A stretch of DNA of 61,726 nt, counting the filler, from Rhabdomonas costata (lineage: Eukaryota): the NCBI GenBank assembly GCA_019059605.1. It is 23 parts of 23 records of this genome, joined end to end, with 100 filler letters (N's around TTAATTAATTAA, not from the genome) between each part and the next. Parts side by side here need not be neighbours in the genome. Positions count along the whole stretch, not along the records: positions 34,966 to 37,554 come from JAHMHO010002726.1; positions 37,655 to 40,243 come from JAHMHO010002727.1; positions 40,344 to 42,931 come from JAHMHO010002728.1; positions 43,032 to 45,610 come from JAHMHO010002729.1; positions 45,711 to 48,297 come from JAHMHO010002730.1; 18 more parts are not named here. The stretch is one strand, 5' to 3'. Both the position numbers and the translations under genes were made by a program. Below the pieces are notes generated by a model. That model saw only the letters and a list, made by a program, of their open reading frames with translations, searched no databases and was not told the origin of the DNA. This document shows, piece after piece, positions 35,861 through 48,397 of this stretch. Numbering within the stretch: position 1 is the stretch's first letter; each line of letters begins with the position of its first letter.

Positions 35861-37803
35861 AATTCACTCGAGTGGTGCATCCTACCACAGCATGCAGTAC
35901 CGATCATGCCTCCGTGCTATCACATACCCGACGAGACCCGAACGTCCTTGGAGGACACCATGATTGGTGTACGTAGTGGTAACAACCACTACTGCATGCC
36001 TCGTACCTCGACATGCCCTGCGTACTTACCCACGCAATAGACAGAAAGTGATGGTGGAGGGGTAACAGCCTCAAGATCAAGACATCATGCAACCATGTGC
36101 GTATTCTTGTCACCAGATACACTCAGTTCTACGTGTTTCCATCTCCTTTTATCAAATTCCGATACGCAGAGGCATGTTGTGCGTATTCTGATGCCATGAT
36201 GAGCTATAATTTAAGACACTCCATCAAAGTTTCCATGACACCGCATGCAAGATGCCACGAGAGTACGAAAGATGTGCATCTAGTGATGGTAATGCAGTGA
36301 TGTGGACTCTTTGTTACTTGCCTGTCGTATACTCGTATACGCTCTTATACTCCCTAAATGTAGTGGTTCGTGCATTCCGCCACACTAAGGTGTCTTCATG
36401 CCTTCACAACCTCCATCGGAAATGCTGATGGTGAGGGGCATGAGATAGTGATGGGAGAGTTTACGAAGGGACCCAGGGGACACGAGTGTATGCGTTGGCG
36501 TCCTCTACGGCAGGCAGACCAACGCGCCAATAACGTGGACGCTAACGCGATTGTATCATAATCTTTGGTTCATGCCTTACGTGTCGGTCCTCACCTCACC
36601 ACTTATCATGCACTTGGTACGTAGTGCTGTCATGCGCAGAAGGGCATCACGGAGTAGGAGTAGGAATAGAGTTGAACGATCGTACCACATTAGGGCTGGG
36701 AGCTAATTAACAAGACATGTATGATGGAGGAAAGAACGCAGTGAGTGACAACCGACAGCAAAGACACAATCTAAGGCCACTCTCACCACTCTACCATCAC
36801 TCTGTCACTCTATCAACGCTGACAGCCTCAACTGTGTAGTGTGTCGCAGCATCAGGTCACCAGGTGGGAGGGTCCATCCTTACACCCTATGCATCGAAGC
36901 ACGGGTCACGCAGTGGAGCCGTGCGTAGAAGTGAATCACCTGCGGTAGAAATGCACTCTTGTCACTTCTATGCATGATTACCCACTCTCATTCTTACTCG
37001 CACTTCTACTCACTACCATCACATCATCAAGGTTAACTGTAGCATCTTGCGTAGGAATCAGGGTGGTAGGAATCAGGGGTAGGATGGTGGAAGGAATCGG
37101 CATCAGGGTAACGGTAGGTGTAAGAGTAGGCGTAACGGTTAGCTTTGTCAGCATCGGCATTATTGTCACTTCAACCCATCTACTCCGATTCACGTTGTGG
37201 GTTTGGAATCGCGTAGTTATCATCAAAGTACTGTAGATGTCTAGGTCTCTGCAACTATAACTGTACCGGTTGACTGAATCTGAGGAATACCAACGGTTTA
37301 CAGAAGTGCAGAAGTCATGCTGAGGTCAGAAGTCATGCTGATGTCAGGAGTCACACACAAAGTCAGAGAGTCACCGTCACACATCATCAGAGGTCGGAAC
37401 ACACACCAAGCACCACCATCATAAGAGCCACGCATAAACCCAAGACATAAACCCAGAAATCCCACGCCTGACACAGACACCCCAAGAAGCAAATACCCAC
37501 ACATGCATACCGATACACCCACCAACACCACCAACAGCCTCGAAACCCAAACGCNNNNNNNNNNNNNNNNNNNNNNNNNNNNNNNNNNNNNNNNNNNNTT
37601 AATTAATTAANNNNNNNNNNNNNNNNNNNNNNNNNNNNNNNNNNNNNNNNNNNNGGGTGTGTTGTTCTCCATTTATCAGCCTGGGGTTATTCGATGCACC
37701 GTTGATCCCTTACAGTCAATCTTGGGCTGTGAAGCTCGTACATCGTCCAAAGATGGGTTATACATGGATACCTGTCTATGTTTAAGGAGAATCTATGTTT
37801 CAG

Positions 37804-39733
37804 GAGAATGTTGCCTTTTCTTTCTTGGCCGCACAGTTCCTGACCAAGCCTGTGCCTCATCACGAGTGGGCTGCACTTGCCATCTTGGCCGGACTGAGAC
37901 CCCCAGCAAAGTAGAAAGTTTTGGGAGGGCCGACTTTTGCGAACCCTTTGTTTTCGTTTTCTCGGTGGATGGAAGAATCGATAGATCTCCCTTGGAACTG
38001 TTCAAAGTGAATTCATCCATGTGTGTGGTGTTGGAAACAAGCTTTTCCTTGTGCATGCCGGCTGCATTCGACCGGGCCCGTAGCCTTAGATATGTCAAAC
38101 ATCCCCAGCGAAATTTTAGGCACAATGTTCAGCCCTGCAAAGGCCCCAAAAACGGCACCTCTGAGCCATCGAAAAAACCTTAAAATGCCAGTTCCTTGGC
38201 AATTGGTGAGTGCTCGGAGGCGGGTGAGGGGGCTAGTCCATTTGGAAGGATCCAGAACTGCAGCTAGAGAAAAACAGTAACTGTAAGGTTAATGGTCCAC
38301 CAAAGACATCCCAAGGAGGGCGATGGGGGTCAAGGCCCCCCAAAAGACAGTGGATAGTGCAGAAATGTGCTGAACAGGGAAGGTGCTTGTTTCCATTGCA
38401 AAAAGAAAGCCGTTGTCGTGTGCCGGTGTAGCGGGGGGCAAGAGAGGGAGTGCAGACACAGGTTGCCTCCTTGTGTTCGCCTGTGTCCGCCTTCTCTTTA
38501 TCTGTCTTCTCTTGTGTTTTGTGTATACCTTTCGTTTTCGACACCACCTGCCTCCTGCCATCATCTACCTCATAGCTGAAAAAACTGCCGACACACTCAC
38601 AATCACCAAGGATCTGATTGCCTGCTTCCTTTCCACCCTCAACATTGTGCTGCCTACTTCTGCGCTCTTCTTGCCTCTGTTCTGTTTATTTTCTGTTTTG
38701 CGTTTTTCTGTTTGCTGTGTTTTTGCTTCCGACCATCCATGTTACTCTTTTCATAGTACAGCACGTGAGCCGTACACGGCTGGCGTTGGGCAGCCCCCGC
38801 ACATGCACAATTCCCCGAGCAGCGCGGGTGAGACGGGAGTGTCCTACTGCGCGTGTTCGGCTGGTGCGCATATCACACTTGCAGATAGGTTGCGGTGTAT
38901 ATACGGTGACGTGCGTCAGCGTCTTCTTCTACCTCTGCGGTTCGTGCTGAAGAAACTTCGGTCTCAGCACATCTCGTCTCTCCCGTGTCTTGTGTTGCGC
39001 ACACATTGCTTCCACTCTTCCTTCTTTTCGCTGAGTTAGTTGTGCCCCTGCTTTTCCCGCACATGCCCAAAATTGTAAGCTACGAGAGCGAACCAACATG
39101 GCACCATTTGTTCTGTTCTTTGAGAAGTGCCTTCTCCGGGTTCTGATTTTCTCTTGCACGCACACGCATGCTTCGGCTGCTGATGCATTTCAATGCGCAG
39201 GTATTTGGAGGCGGGTCAACAAGCGGGTCAGCCTGGCAAAAGCAATCAAGCTTCCAGAACAGTACCCACCACTCAGTCTGAGACGGCCAAGGTGCCAAAA
39301 AGAACCTTTTTGTTTCGCTTGGTGAATCACGTGGTAATCCCAAATTTCTTATCTAATTGGAGTATTTTTTGAGGTAAAAGGCGCAAAAGGGCACTTTGGG
39401 TGGCTTCTTAGTTGGGTACCCCTGAAGGGGTGCTTTGGTGGTCAGGGGATCTCCAGTGTTTGCGAAGTGGTTGATCTTGTTTGTATGTGTAATGCGGTGG
39501 AGAGGAGGAGTTGCCGCTATGTCGAGTTATCGGATTTCCAATCTGCCATCAAGATCATTGCATCTGTGAGAATCTCTTCTACCGACTGTTCAACTGCCTT
39601 TTTTCCGCCCCTCTGATTGTGGACTTCCTTTTGTTGCGAAAATACACTCAGAACGTAAAACCACGACCGGTGCACTTTTTTTTTACCCTGCACGCAGCTT
39701 TTCCGCTGTGCTTGTCTTCTGCAACAATGACAT
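37804..39733 (+). CDS. Hypothetical protein, tentative short exons
   Basis: Candidate exons 37804-37910, ~38757-38827, ~39201-39291 and ~39698-39733 have compatible phases and GT-AG ends: ENVAFSFLAAQFLTKPVPHHEWAALAILAGLRPPAN-TAREPY...SAG-IWRRVNKRVSLAKAIKLPEQYPPLSLRRPS-FSAVLVFCNNDMG. No family recognised. Confidence 0.35.
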
Positions 39734-41549
39734 GGGTGCGCCCTCACTGTGGAACATACACGCGGCGTCGCCCCCCGCCTCTGCATCTTTCACCTCTTTG
39801 TCCCACCCCCTGCGAAGCTCGCTCGCCTTGCGAGAAGGAGAAGCAGAGGGGGAGCCACGCCGAACCTCCCGATCCGCTGCTACCGGAGCTCTTCTTTCCC
39901 GACACCTCCAAATTACCTTGCCCCCCGATTTACGTCACCGCGATCCCTCGGCCGCTGCGAAAAGCTCCCGAGGCTGGGGCTCTGGGGCCGCTGAGGGTGG
40001 CAAGCCTATGGGAAACCGTTGTGCGTGTCTGGCGGTGGGCCCAGGGAGGTCTTGGGGCCTGCTAGCCTTTGAACCATACAGACACTCAGTCACAAACACT
40101 TACAGACGCATCTGCAAGGCGACACTCTTCTAACCCATTCGAATTTCCCGAGGCTGAGGCGCTGCGCTGAGTACTTAAGTTGTATTTTTGAGGTGCGGAT
40201 GGGTGGAGCATGAGATTGAGGTAACAGTGGAGCCCCACCACACNNNNNNNNNNNNNNNNNNNNNNNNNNNNNNNNNNNNNNNNNNNNTTAATTAATTAAN
40301 NNNNNNNNNNNNNNNNNNNNNNNNNNNNNNNNNNNNNNNNNNNGGCAACGCAAAGCAAACTTGCCAATTGTTCTTCTGCGGATGATTCCCACTATTCTAT
40401 CTTAGTGGCGGCGGGGGATCTGTGCGGGACCCTTATGAGTCCATTTGGAGTTTTGGTCCACGACCCTCCCTCCAATACCTTCCACCTCCCGTTTCCAAGG
40501 GGCTATTCTTCGTAAGTGAGAGCTTTCACCCTCTGCCAATCCTGACCTCTGCCTGCGCCAGCTTTACAGCGAAGTGATTGCCCTCGGAGGTCCCGTTGTC
40601 AAATACACACATTTACACACAAAAAAAAAGAAACGAGCAAGCACACCGTTCGAATGAGATTTTGTTTCCTGTCGTTCAACTTGTGGAGGTGAGGGATCCC
40701 GACCTATGATCGGTTCTGCCTCCACCTTTCTGCTCCCCGATGTTTACCCCCCAGTCTCACCCCTGTTCTCGATTTCTTCTTGAATAAGTAGACCCATCCG
40801 CTCCTCGGTCTACTGGGGGCTGGCTTCCGGATAGTCGAAGAAAATGGACTTCCTTAGCCCTCTCATTCTTTGCACGTCACGGAATTCGTGGTTGGATGCC
40901 CTCCCCTCACACAGTGCTACCTTTTTAGATGATTGCGTAACATCTGTGCTTTCTCTTTTGTAGTCCCTTTTCTGCTCCTACTCTGTTCCGAAAAAAGGTG
41001 GGAAATGGAGACGCACGAGAGATTTGCGTTCGGGTTCATATTGTGCTTCCGTTGTACAATCTCTGAATTGCTCTGTCCCCTTGTTGCCATCTCATCTTCA
41101 TCCATCATCACTTGGCCATCGCCTTTTATTTGCATCGACTAGGTTCTCGACGCAACTTCCGTCTGCGCATTGGTTTCTCATGGATTGGAAGTGGCGGACT
41201 ACCGAAGAGACGAACCCTGCCCTTGTGTCTCGCAGGACGAAGAGCGTGACGAAAGGGTTACGTTACTTCCTCTTGGAGGGAGATTCCGTTAGAACATCAC
41301 ACTCCCGTGTGATTCCTCTTCCTCCCTCGTTCCTCCTTCCTCTTCGCTCTTCGCGAGGGTCGGTATTCGAAGTGTACTTTCTCCACACTCCTCGCACACC
41401 CTTTTTCCTTCCGTGCTGCAACTCTTGAAGGAATGCGTTTGCGTGTACATTCTCTTGCTGTTGTGTGCCGCCCCTGCGACCGATGGACCGCCTCCTTCCG
41501 ACACGTTGTCGAATCTTCCGAAAGGCTTTCCCAGGTAAGGTAACTATCT

Positions 41550-42420
41550 TCTATGTATCCTATTAAGGCCTCCTACTTCATAGGCTGCTCCCTGCGAGCA
41601 TTTTTGTGGGTATAGCTTTCTTTGTGAAGGTTCCATTGCTTTCACCACAGCAAAACCAAGGGAATGGAAGGGAAAGAACAGCCCTGCATACCTTGAACAG
41701 CCCTTGAACAGCCCTCCTACATCTGATGATTTGTGTGTCAAGGTCCTGGTTGCGGGTCGTGGCCCTAATCCGGCTTCGGATGAAGCTTCCCCGTGACGGA
41801 CGTGGACCACATACCTCCCTATTCTCTCCGCAGCCGCTACGAACTGGGAGGAAGTCTCCGCTGGATAGATGGGCGGAGAACTCCCCCAGTGGTGGATACG
41901 GTGGTTAGTCTGCATGACCCAGCTGAGGTTCTGCGAGGGCCTTTTAGGGTGGTTGTTTTCGTCTTCTGGTGCCCTCGGAAGTTTCCCGTTCACATCGGCA
42001 ACATGAGGAATGCCGCTTGGCCGATCAATTTTTGGTTTTATCATCTACCGTTGGTATCACAGTAATGACGGTAGTCACCGCAGACTGGCCCGCTTTGGTA
42101 CAAGGCTGTGTGGCTCAATCGAAGCAGTTGGTGCGTTAAAGTATTCAGAACTATGCAATCATGTGTTCATTGATTACTCCATATTGATTGCAAAAACGAC
42201 CCTAGCGAACACTGCCGGCCAACGATCTGGCATCCAGCATCGTAAATTGTGGCTTGAATATTCAGAAAAAAAATTCACGCCTTCCGAATGGGAAAGTGCT
42301 GGTGACGTCATTGAAGGCCCTTGCACTGGCTGTGGTGGTGGCGCTGACAATTCAAATTTTACTTTGGAGCCTGGTGAATTTCCGGGAATATTTGGGGGTC
42401 TGTACACCCCTACGAAGCGT
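41550..42420 (-). mobile_element. Probable decayed LINE reverse-transcriptase region
   Basis: Degenerate RT-like motifs occur in the expected order across broken frames: FNDVTSTF (D...AF), ALYQ, AFLML, LGHAD (YADD-like), AAERIG.YV (GL.VN-like), RYAG (YLG-like). Confidence 0.35.
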
Positions 42421-43195
42421 GAGGGTGTGCAGACCTTCTCCTGTGGTCCTTCGGGTACCCCTTGTTATACCTCTCACTTATCACATGGGCGTGTGTGTCC
42501 TTGGAGAGCAAATGATGGTCGTGACATTTTCTTCTTGTCTTCTGCTGTTTACTGTCCTGCCCTGATATGTAGGCACCCTTTTTTTCTGTGACAACTCTTC
42601 GTTTTGTAGTTTTTTATTTGCCCTGTTGGGTAGACCGCTTCACTGTGTGAGTGCTCCCATCAATGACGCACCTGTCCTACTCGTACTCTGCAGAGCAGCC
42701 ACAAAAGGCAGCGGAGGGTGAGGCCCAGTCCGATGGGTCGGACAGTGGCGACACCAACGTCCCTGATGCTCCAGAGACCCAAGGTTGAGGACCTGGAATG
42801 GGTGGGCAATTCCGATGTATTTTGGCGTGTGCCGCTTCCCGAAAGGGATCGTTCTGGCGTTTTTAAATAAGGCTAGCTCCACCCGGAAACTGAGAGAACC
42901 CAACAAGGCTTTTTACCCTGTTTTTATGCCGNNNNNNNNNNNNNNNNNNNNNNNNNNNNNNNNNNNNNNNNNNNNTTAATTAATTAANNNNNNNNNNNNN
43001 NNNNNNNNNNNNNNNNNNNNNNNNNNNNNNNTCTTCTTCATACAAAGGAAAACAATAGCATCGCTAAGAAAGTTTTTATAGCGTTGCTATAAAAAGGGAG
43101 GGCCATTTAACAAACTTAACAGACCGGCGTCTAATCCGAAAGGAATTGTGCTATTTTTTCGGTGTCCAAGGAGTTGGGCTCATTTTTCTTCACAG

Positions 43196-45483
43196 GTGTG
43201 CTACCCCTGTACTACCTTCCGCTTCAAACCGTTTCCCCATTCCTGTCCCTTTGTCGTCATCGGTGGCATCAGTTAAACCCGCTGTGTCTGCCAATCCAAA
43301 CCCCTTCGACCCTCCTGTGGAACAGGACGTTACCCAGGAGTTCCCGATGGGAACGTTTTACGGGCTTCCGGAAGAGGTTAAGCGGGTTTTTGCCAAGCGA
43401 GGAGTCAGCCAGCTTTACAGATGGCAGGAGGAAGTGCTCAGGCTTCCGTCGATGCGCCAGACCCTCGGAGGGCTGGGAGGGGCACTGCCCAAGCGAAGGC
43501 GCGGGTTGGTGTACTCTCTGCCCACTAGCGGGGGGAAAACGTTGGTCGCTGAAGTGGCACTGCTGCGTGGGGTTCTTCTGGGCAAAGGCATTTCGCTGCT
43601 TGTCCTCCCATATGTCAGCTTGGTGGAGGAGAAGAGGGACAGCTTGGAGGTTTTCTGCGATTGCGTTCCTCTGTGCAGTTCACCTTGTGACCCCACCCCA
43701 CCCCTGCTTCAATCAGTTGTTTGCTTCAGGCTCCAATTTCCGTTCTTTCCCCTGGCCTAAGACACCCATACGACTGTGGCCATCCAAGTTGAATCGAGGA
43801 CCAGCCTTTTCCTGAGGCGATTTTCCGTAAGCATGTGATTTGGTTTTGCGGGGCGGCGAAAAGTGCAAATGCTTTTTTTTTTTGCATTATTATCTTGCAT
43901 TTTTTTTGTGCGGAGGGGATTTGATGTCGTTAAAATGCACCCGTGGGGGTTCTGCTTTTGCTCTGCTCCGCCTTGTAAAAATGCAACAGCTGGTGTAGAC
44001 AAAGCCGACGCGAGGCGAAATTTTTGGCTTGAAGTGCACACACACTCTCTCTCTTTTGTTTTTGCTTGCTTGCTCTGCCTGTCACGGGCTTGGATTATTT
44101 GAATGATTTCTTTAAGCAGTAAAAGTAATCTCACAAAGTTCGTCTGTCCATTTATTTTTGTATCGTCACTATAATTTTCATTCCAAATTCTGAAAATTCT
44201 ATATCATTGCGAAAAGGATGTGCTGCTGTGACACCTTCACCGCCCCCTATCCTGCGACACCAAATTAACTCACCTTGGGACGCTTCTCGGAGACTGCACT
44301 AGCACCTGAGATCAAGGGGCGCCGAGCGGAAAAAAATTAAGTTAGCTGCTTTTATAGCTGGCTTTAACGAATGTTTATATTTTATGGTGAAATGTACGTT
44401 GAGGCTCGCAACATTGATTGAGGTTATCGCTTCGGTTCCCCCACTTGAATGAATTCTTGATCTTCGCTCCAATTTGGGAGTTTAGGAACGCTATGTTCCT
44501 GATCAGCTTTCTTTTGGTGTCCCGTGCGAGAAAAAGCGCAACAACAGATTATTTTTCTTCCCCTTCCCCTTTTTCCAGGAGTTTGGGCAGCAGCTGCACT
44601 TCAGGGTGGAGGGTTACTTCGGGATCAGTGGGCGGTTCCCAGCACCACGGCCCCCTCTTCTGGCGGTGTGTACCATTGAAAAAGCCAATTCCTTTGTGAA
44701 CCACTTGGCGGAGGAAAAAAGACTCGCCGAGCTAGAGGTTGTAGTTGTGGACGAGCTGCACATGATTGGGGAGCCGTCGCGGGGCACGGTGCTGGAGATG
44801 CTGCTGACCAAGATATTGTACGCATGCCCCAACACACAGGTATTGCCAGTAGTCTGTTGCACGTTCAGCTGCCCGCTGTCTGGTTTCGGAGCAGAGTTGA
44901 ACCGACGAACAATGGGAAGATCTGCAGGAGGAAGCCCACCCCGACGTTCTTTGGAATGGCAGCGCCAAAACGCGATCGTTTTTCCCCTTTCCACTTTTTT
45001 GTCTGCCTTTGACCATATGCGCATCATGTCTTGTGACTATCCGAGAGAAAGTGCTTGCCTGGGGTGCTGCTCCATCGCTTCACATTAAAAGGTGGTTTTT
45101 TATGGTGTGCATTCGCAGCAGTTTTGGGTCAGTTTTTCGAAACCGTGAGGATTGGGTCGCCCCTATTCTCCCCTCTTTCCCCGCAGGTCGTCGGGATGTC
45201 TGCGACGATTCCCAACCTCAGCCTGCTGTCCCGGTGGCTCCAGGCTGATCTCTACGAGTCCTCATTCCGACCCATCCCGTTGCAGCAGTACATCAAGGTA
45301 AATGACGCCATCTATGACGCGGCCACCCGCGCCCTTGTGCGGCGTATGACACCCCCCTGCCCGGCTTCTGCCACTGCGGCCTCCGGGTTCTGCTCCGGAG
45401 CGAGCCGGCAGGGTGGCGGGAGTGTTACGGCCTCCTCCCCTGCAATGGCCGACGGGGAGGGTCTTCTGTCTTTAATTACCGAG
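43196..45483 (+). CDS. HELQ / DNA polymerase theta-type Ski2-like helicase, N-terminal helicase exons (partial)
   Basis: Exons 43196-43649, 44579-44839 and 45187-45483: FYGLP...LYRWQ...LVYSLPTSGGKTLVAE...LPYVSLVEEK-...VCTIEKANS...VVVDELHMIGE..RG..LE.LLTK-VVGMSATIPNL...FRPIPL. HELQ and POLQ cannot be separated from this part alone. Confidence 0.93.
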
Positions 45484-46267
45484 GTTGCCCCCCCTCACCT
45501 CTGCTCTGGCTGGGTGATGAACCCAATCCTAACCCAATTGAAAAGGCATTGATAATGGATTGATATGATCAGCTTTTTCAATTGGGTTAGGATTGGGTTC
45601 AACACCCACCNNNNNNNNNNNNNNNNNNNNNNNNNNNNNNNNNNNNNNNNNNNNTTAATTAATTAANNNNNNNNNNNNNNNNNNNNNNNNNNNNNNNNNN
45701 NNNNNNNNNNTGTGGTGGGTGTGTGTGGGGTGGTGTGTAGTTCTGCTGAGCCGTCATATTTTTTGTACCATTCTTAAAAAAAAATTCGCCTTTCCACCAT
45801 CAAGAGAACCTAACCTCAATCTAATTCCCTGGGCTGGTCCTAGGGCTGGACCATCTCCAGCTCAAGTATGACGAAGAACGGTAAACAGTAAACTTACTTC
45901 GAAAATAAACGGTGCTTGATGCACTCTACCGAACCCAAACTCGCCTTCACCGTGCCCTAAAATGCGAACGGTCTGGTCGTTTCAAACCGCTAAAAAAAAA
46001 GCGTTGCTGACACCATTGATTCAAGGACCTCCCCAATCCAGCCGCCCGCTTTGGCTCCGTCGCGGACTGTGTCCTAGGCTCCGAGGCGCCGGTTCCCCCC
46101 CCGCCAAAAAAAATAAACCTGTCTCACGCTCGCCCGTAAAAGCCACAAAACGTTCATTCCATTGATCAACAGAATGTGCAAAACGTTGCGCTGGGCTAAA
46201 CACCTCCTATAACGACCTAGGCAAGCGCAAAAATGCACACAAACGGAACAGAACGGCTCAGATCCAC

Positions 46268-46480
46268 CTGCAAGTCCACCGGATGGTCCAAAGTTTGCGT
46301 CATTTCCAGGTCAACGGCGGCGCACACGTGACGAAGAGAGTGCCTCGCAGATCCCGAGGAAGGAGTAAAGCTGGAAAGACTGCTGTCAAGTGGCGGGATG
46401 GGGGCGGCGGCCTGAAGGGCACTCATGGCTTTGAACAGCAGCAGGATGACAATGGTAGAGGAGCACAACAACCGAGCCAT
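46268..46480 (-). CDS. Possible first exon of a secreted protein
   Basis: MARLLCSSTIVILLLFKAMSALQAAAP...DHPVDLQ ends at CAG|GTGGAT in phase 0. The N-terminus is signal-peptide-like. Confidence 0.35.
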
Positions 46481-46760
46481 CGAGCGTGCAAAGGGTATAG
46501 CCAGCACGGACACCACCGGCAGCAAGAAATGCCTTGACAGCGCCCGAAATAAGTCGACCTCCAAAATCAAAAATTAAGCCAACAGCCAACACGACAGAAA
46601 ATATTCCAGCTTTTTTCCATGGGATCCCACTGCTGCAAGCGATTGGCTGAGCAAAGAAAGCCAAACCTCACTGCAAGAGGGTGGCGGCGGCACAAGTTGA
46701 CACATGCATCGGCTTATGGCTTATGGACGTTCATTTCTGCAGTTCCGTCACCTCTCTGGC

Positions 46761-46970
46761 GCATGTTATGAATTCCGGGTCATGCTGACTCACACCCCGA
46801 CAGAAGCAAAAGTGAGATCGGGACAAATTGTTGCGGAGATTTCTGTGCGGATCGGGCAGAGGAGGGGTGGTTTGCGCAGATGTTACGAGTCTAGGGTCGT
46901 GCTGACTCGCAACGGATGTGAGATCGCGACGAATAGTTAAGGTTAGGCATTTCTGGGGTGCGTATCAATC
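46761..46970 (+). repeat. Diverged two-copy tandem repeat, period about 115 bp
   Basis: atgttatga..gggtcatgctgactcac...gtgagatcgggacaaattgtt...atttctg versus atgttacga..gggtcgtgctgactcgc...gtgagatcgcgacgaatagtt...atttctg. Confidence 0.7.
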
Positions 46971-47764
46971 GAGGATGGGTCTTGGAGGAAGGGTCTTGCG
47001 CGACTGGGCCTGAACTTTTCAGTAATCCTCTTGAGCTCCTCTTGAGGGGCTGTTCCACTTCTTCCTCAACAAAGAGCGCGGTGGCTCTGATACGACGAAA
47101 AAAACAACTTCCCCGAACTTGGTGATGATTGCAGTACGGCAGCAGGTGTTAATCGTCCGCCGTGAAACTGTGAATGCTGTGCGAAATCTAAGATTATCCC
47201 ACTCTTCACAGTGAACTTCTGTTTCTTTGTGCTCATCGTGCGGACGCTCCCTCGTTCGTGAGTGAATTCTGCAGGGAGCCACGCCCACCCTCAAACATTA
47301 TTCTTTGAAGCCAGTGCAGCCGGTAGCACAAGCCTGAAAGTTGTCAAGTAAATAAAAGAGAAATCAAGATAAAACTGAATGAGTGTGATAACTGAAGGTA
47401 ACAGCCATTTATGAAGAAGCACGGTGGTGTCTGATCACGCCCATGACAAAGCTAAGGAGAATGGGGACCTCGGCCATCGCAACCCACCACAGAAAAAATG
47501 AGTCGGTCTCCCGAAGCCGAAGGCAGCTGTTCCGATGCCTGCAACCAGCATTGCGGCAACTGCAAGAACACCAATCAGCGCCGTACCAGCACACTGGTAC
47601 GGCAGGACAACAACCTCTCCATCTTTGACTCACGGACAGGTGCGTTCTCTTGGATCGACCACCGAGTGTCACCAAGTGCCCAAGACTCCAATGTTATGAA
47701 CCAGTGCCATGAATGGTCACTTGAAAGGATGAAGAATCAGGCAACCCGCAGTATTCATCTGTGT

Positions 47765-48136
47765 TCACTGACCGCGTGGCATGTTGAATAAGGGCGGCGC
47801 AACGGCCGTACGGTGCCGGATTAGGTGGGCGAATCGCGGCAAGCCGGGGGCCTGCGGGGGCACCATGCTCTCTAGGGAGAGGTCCTGCGGACGCAGGCGG
47901 CGGCACAGGGTCCGAAGAGGGAGCACTTCCACAGGGCCATCCAGCACCCGCGGGTTCCGCAGCACAGCCCAAACCATAGGGCCATACAGGTAGTGCCCTA
48001 GTGGGTTGATCGAGAATGGAAAAAACCTCTCCGAATGCCTGGAAAAACAAACCAACATGCAATGCACGATCATTTTATCAGGTTCGCTACCTCTAAGCTT
48101 CACCTGGACTCTTGACATTCCAAGTGGAGGATGTGC
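47765..48136 (-). CDS. Hypothetical protein, terminal exons (partial)
   Basis: Exon 48038-47765 (HSERFFPFSINPLGHYLYGPMVWAVLRNPRVLDGPVEVLPLRTLCRRL...MPRGQ*) follows tttttccag. There is a possible short upstream exon at 48136-48104. Confidence 0.5.
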   Translation of the reverse strand, partial: AHPPLGMSRVQVKLRGSEPDKMIVHCMLVCFSRHSERFFPFSINPLGHYLYGPMVWAVLRNPRVLDGPVEVLPLRTLCRRLRPQDLSLESMVPPQAPGLPRFAHLIRHRTAVAPPLFNMPRGQ

Positions 48137-48397
48137 CTTGTACGTACGGGTACCCGAGGACGCGAAATACAGGTGAGGCAGTGTGTGAGTTCGGATAAAA
48201 TGTTTTCCAAAGACACTCCTTTAAAGTTGCACCCTGGCAAAATAACGTTCAAAAACCTCGATCCTGCTTGAAAAGGACCAAAAGAAACCCACCACACNNN
48301 NNNNNNNNNNNNNNNNNNNNNNNNNNNNNNNNNNNNNNNNNTTAATTAATTAANNNNNNNNNNNNNNNNNNNNNNNNNNNNNNNNNNNNNNNNNNNN

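Noticed and set aside
41550..42591. Long + strand frame with sparse stops, suggesting stop-codon reassignment
   Set aside because: It is better explained as the antisense shadow of a decayed RT. Well-supported exons have no in-frame stops and genes end in TGA or TAA.
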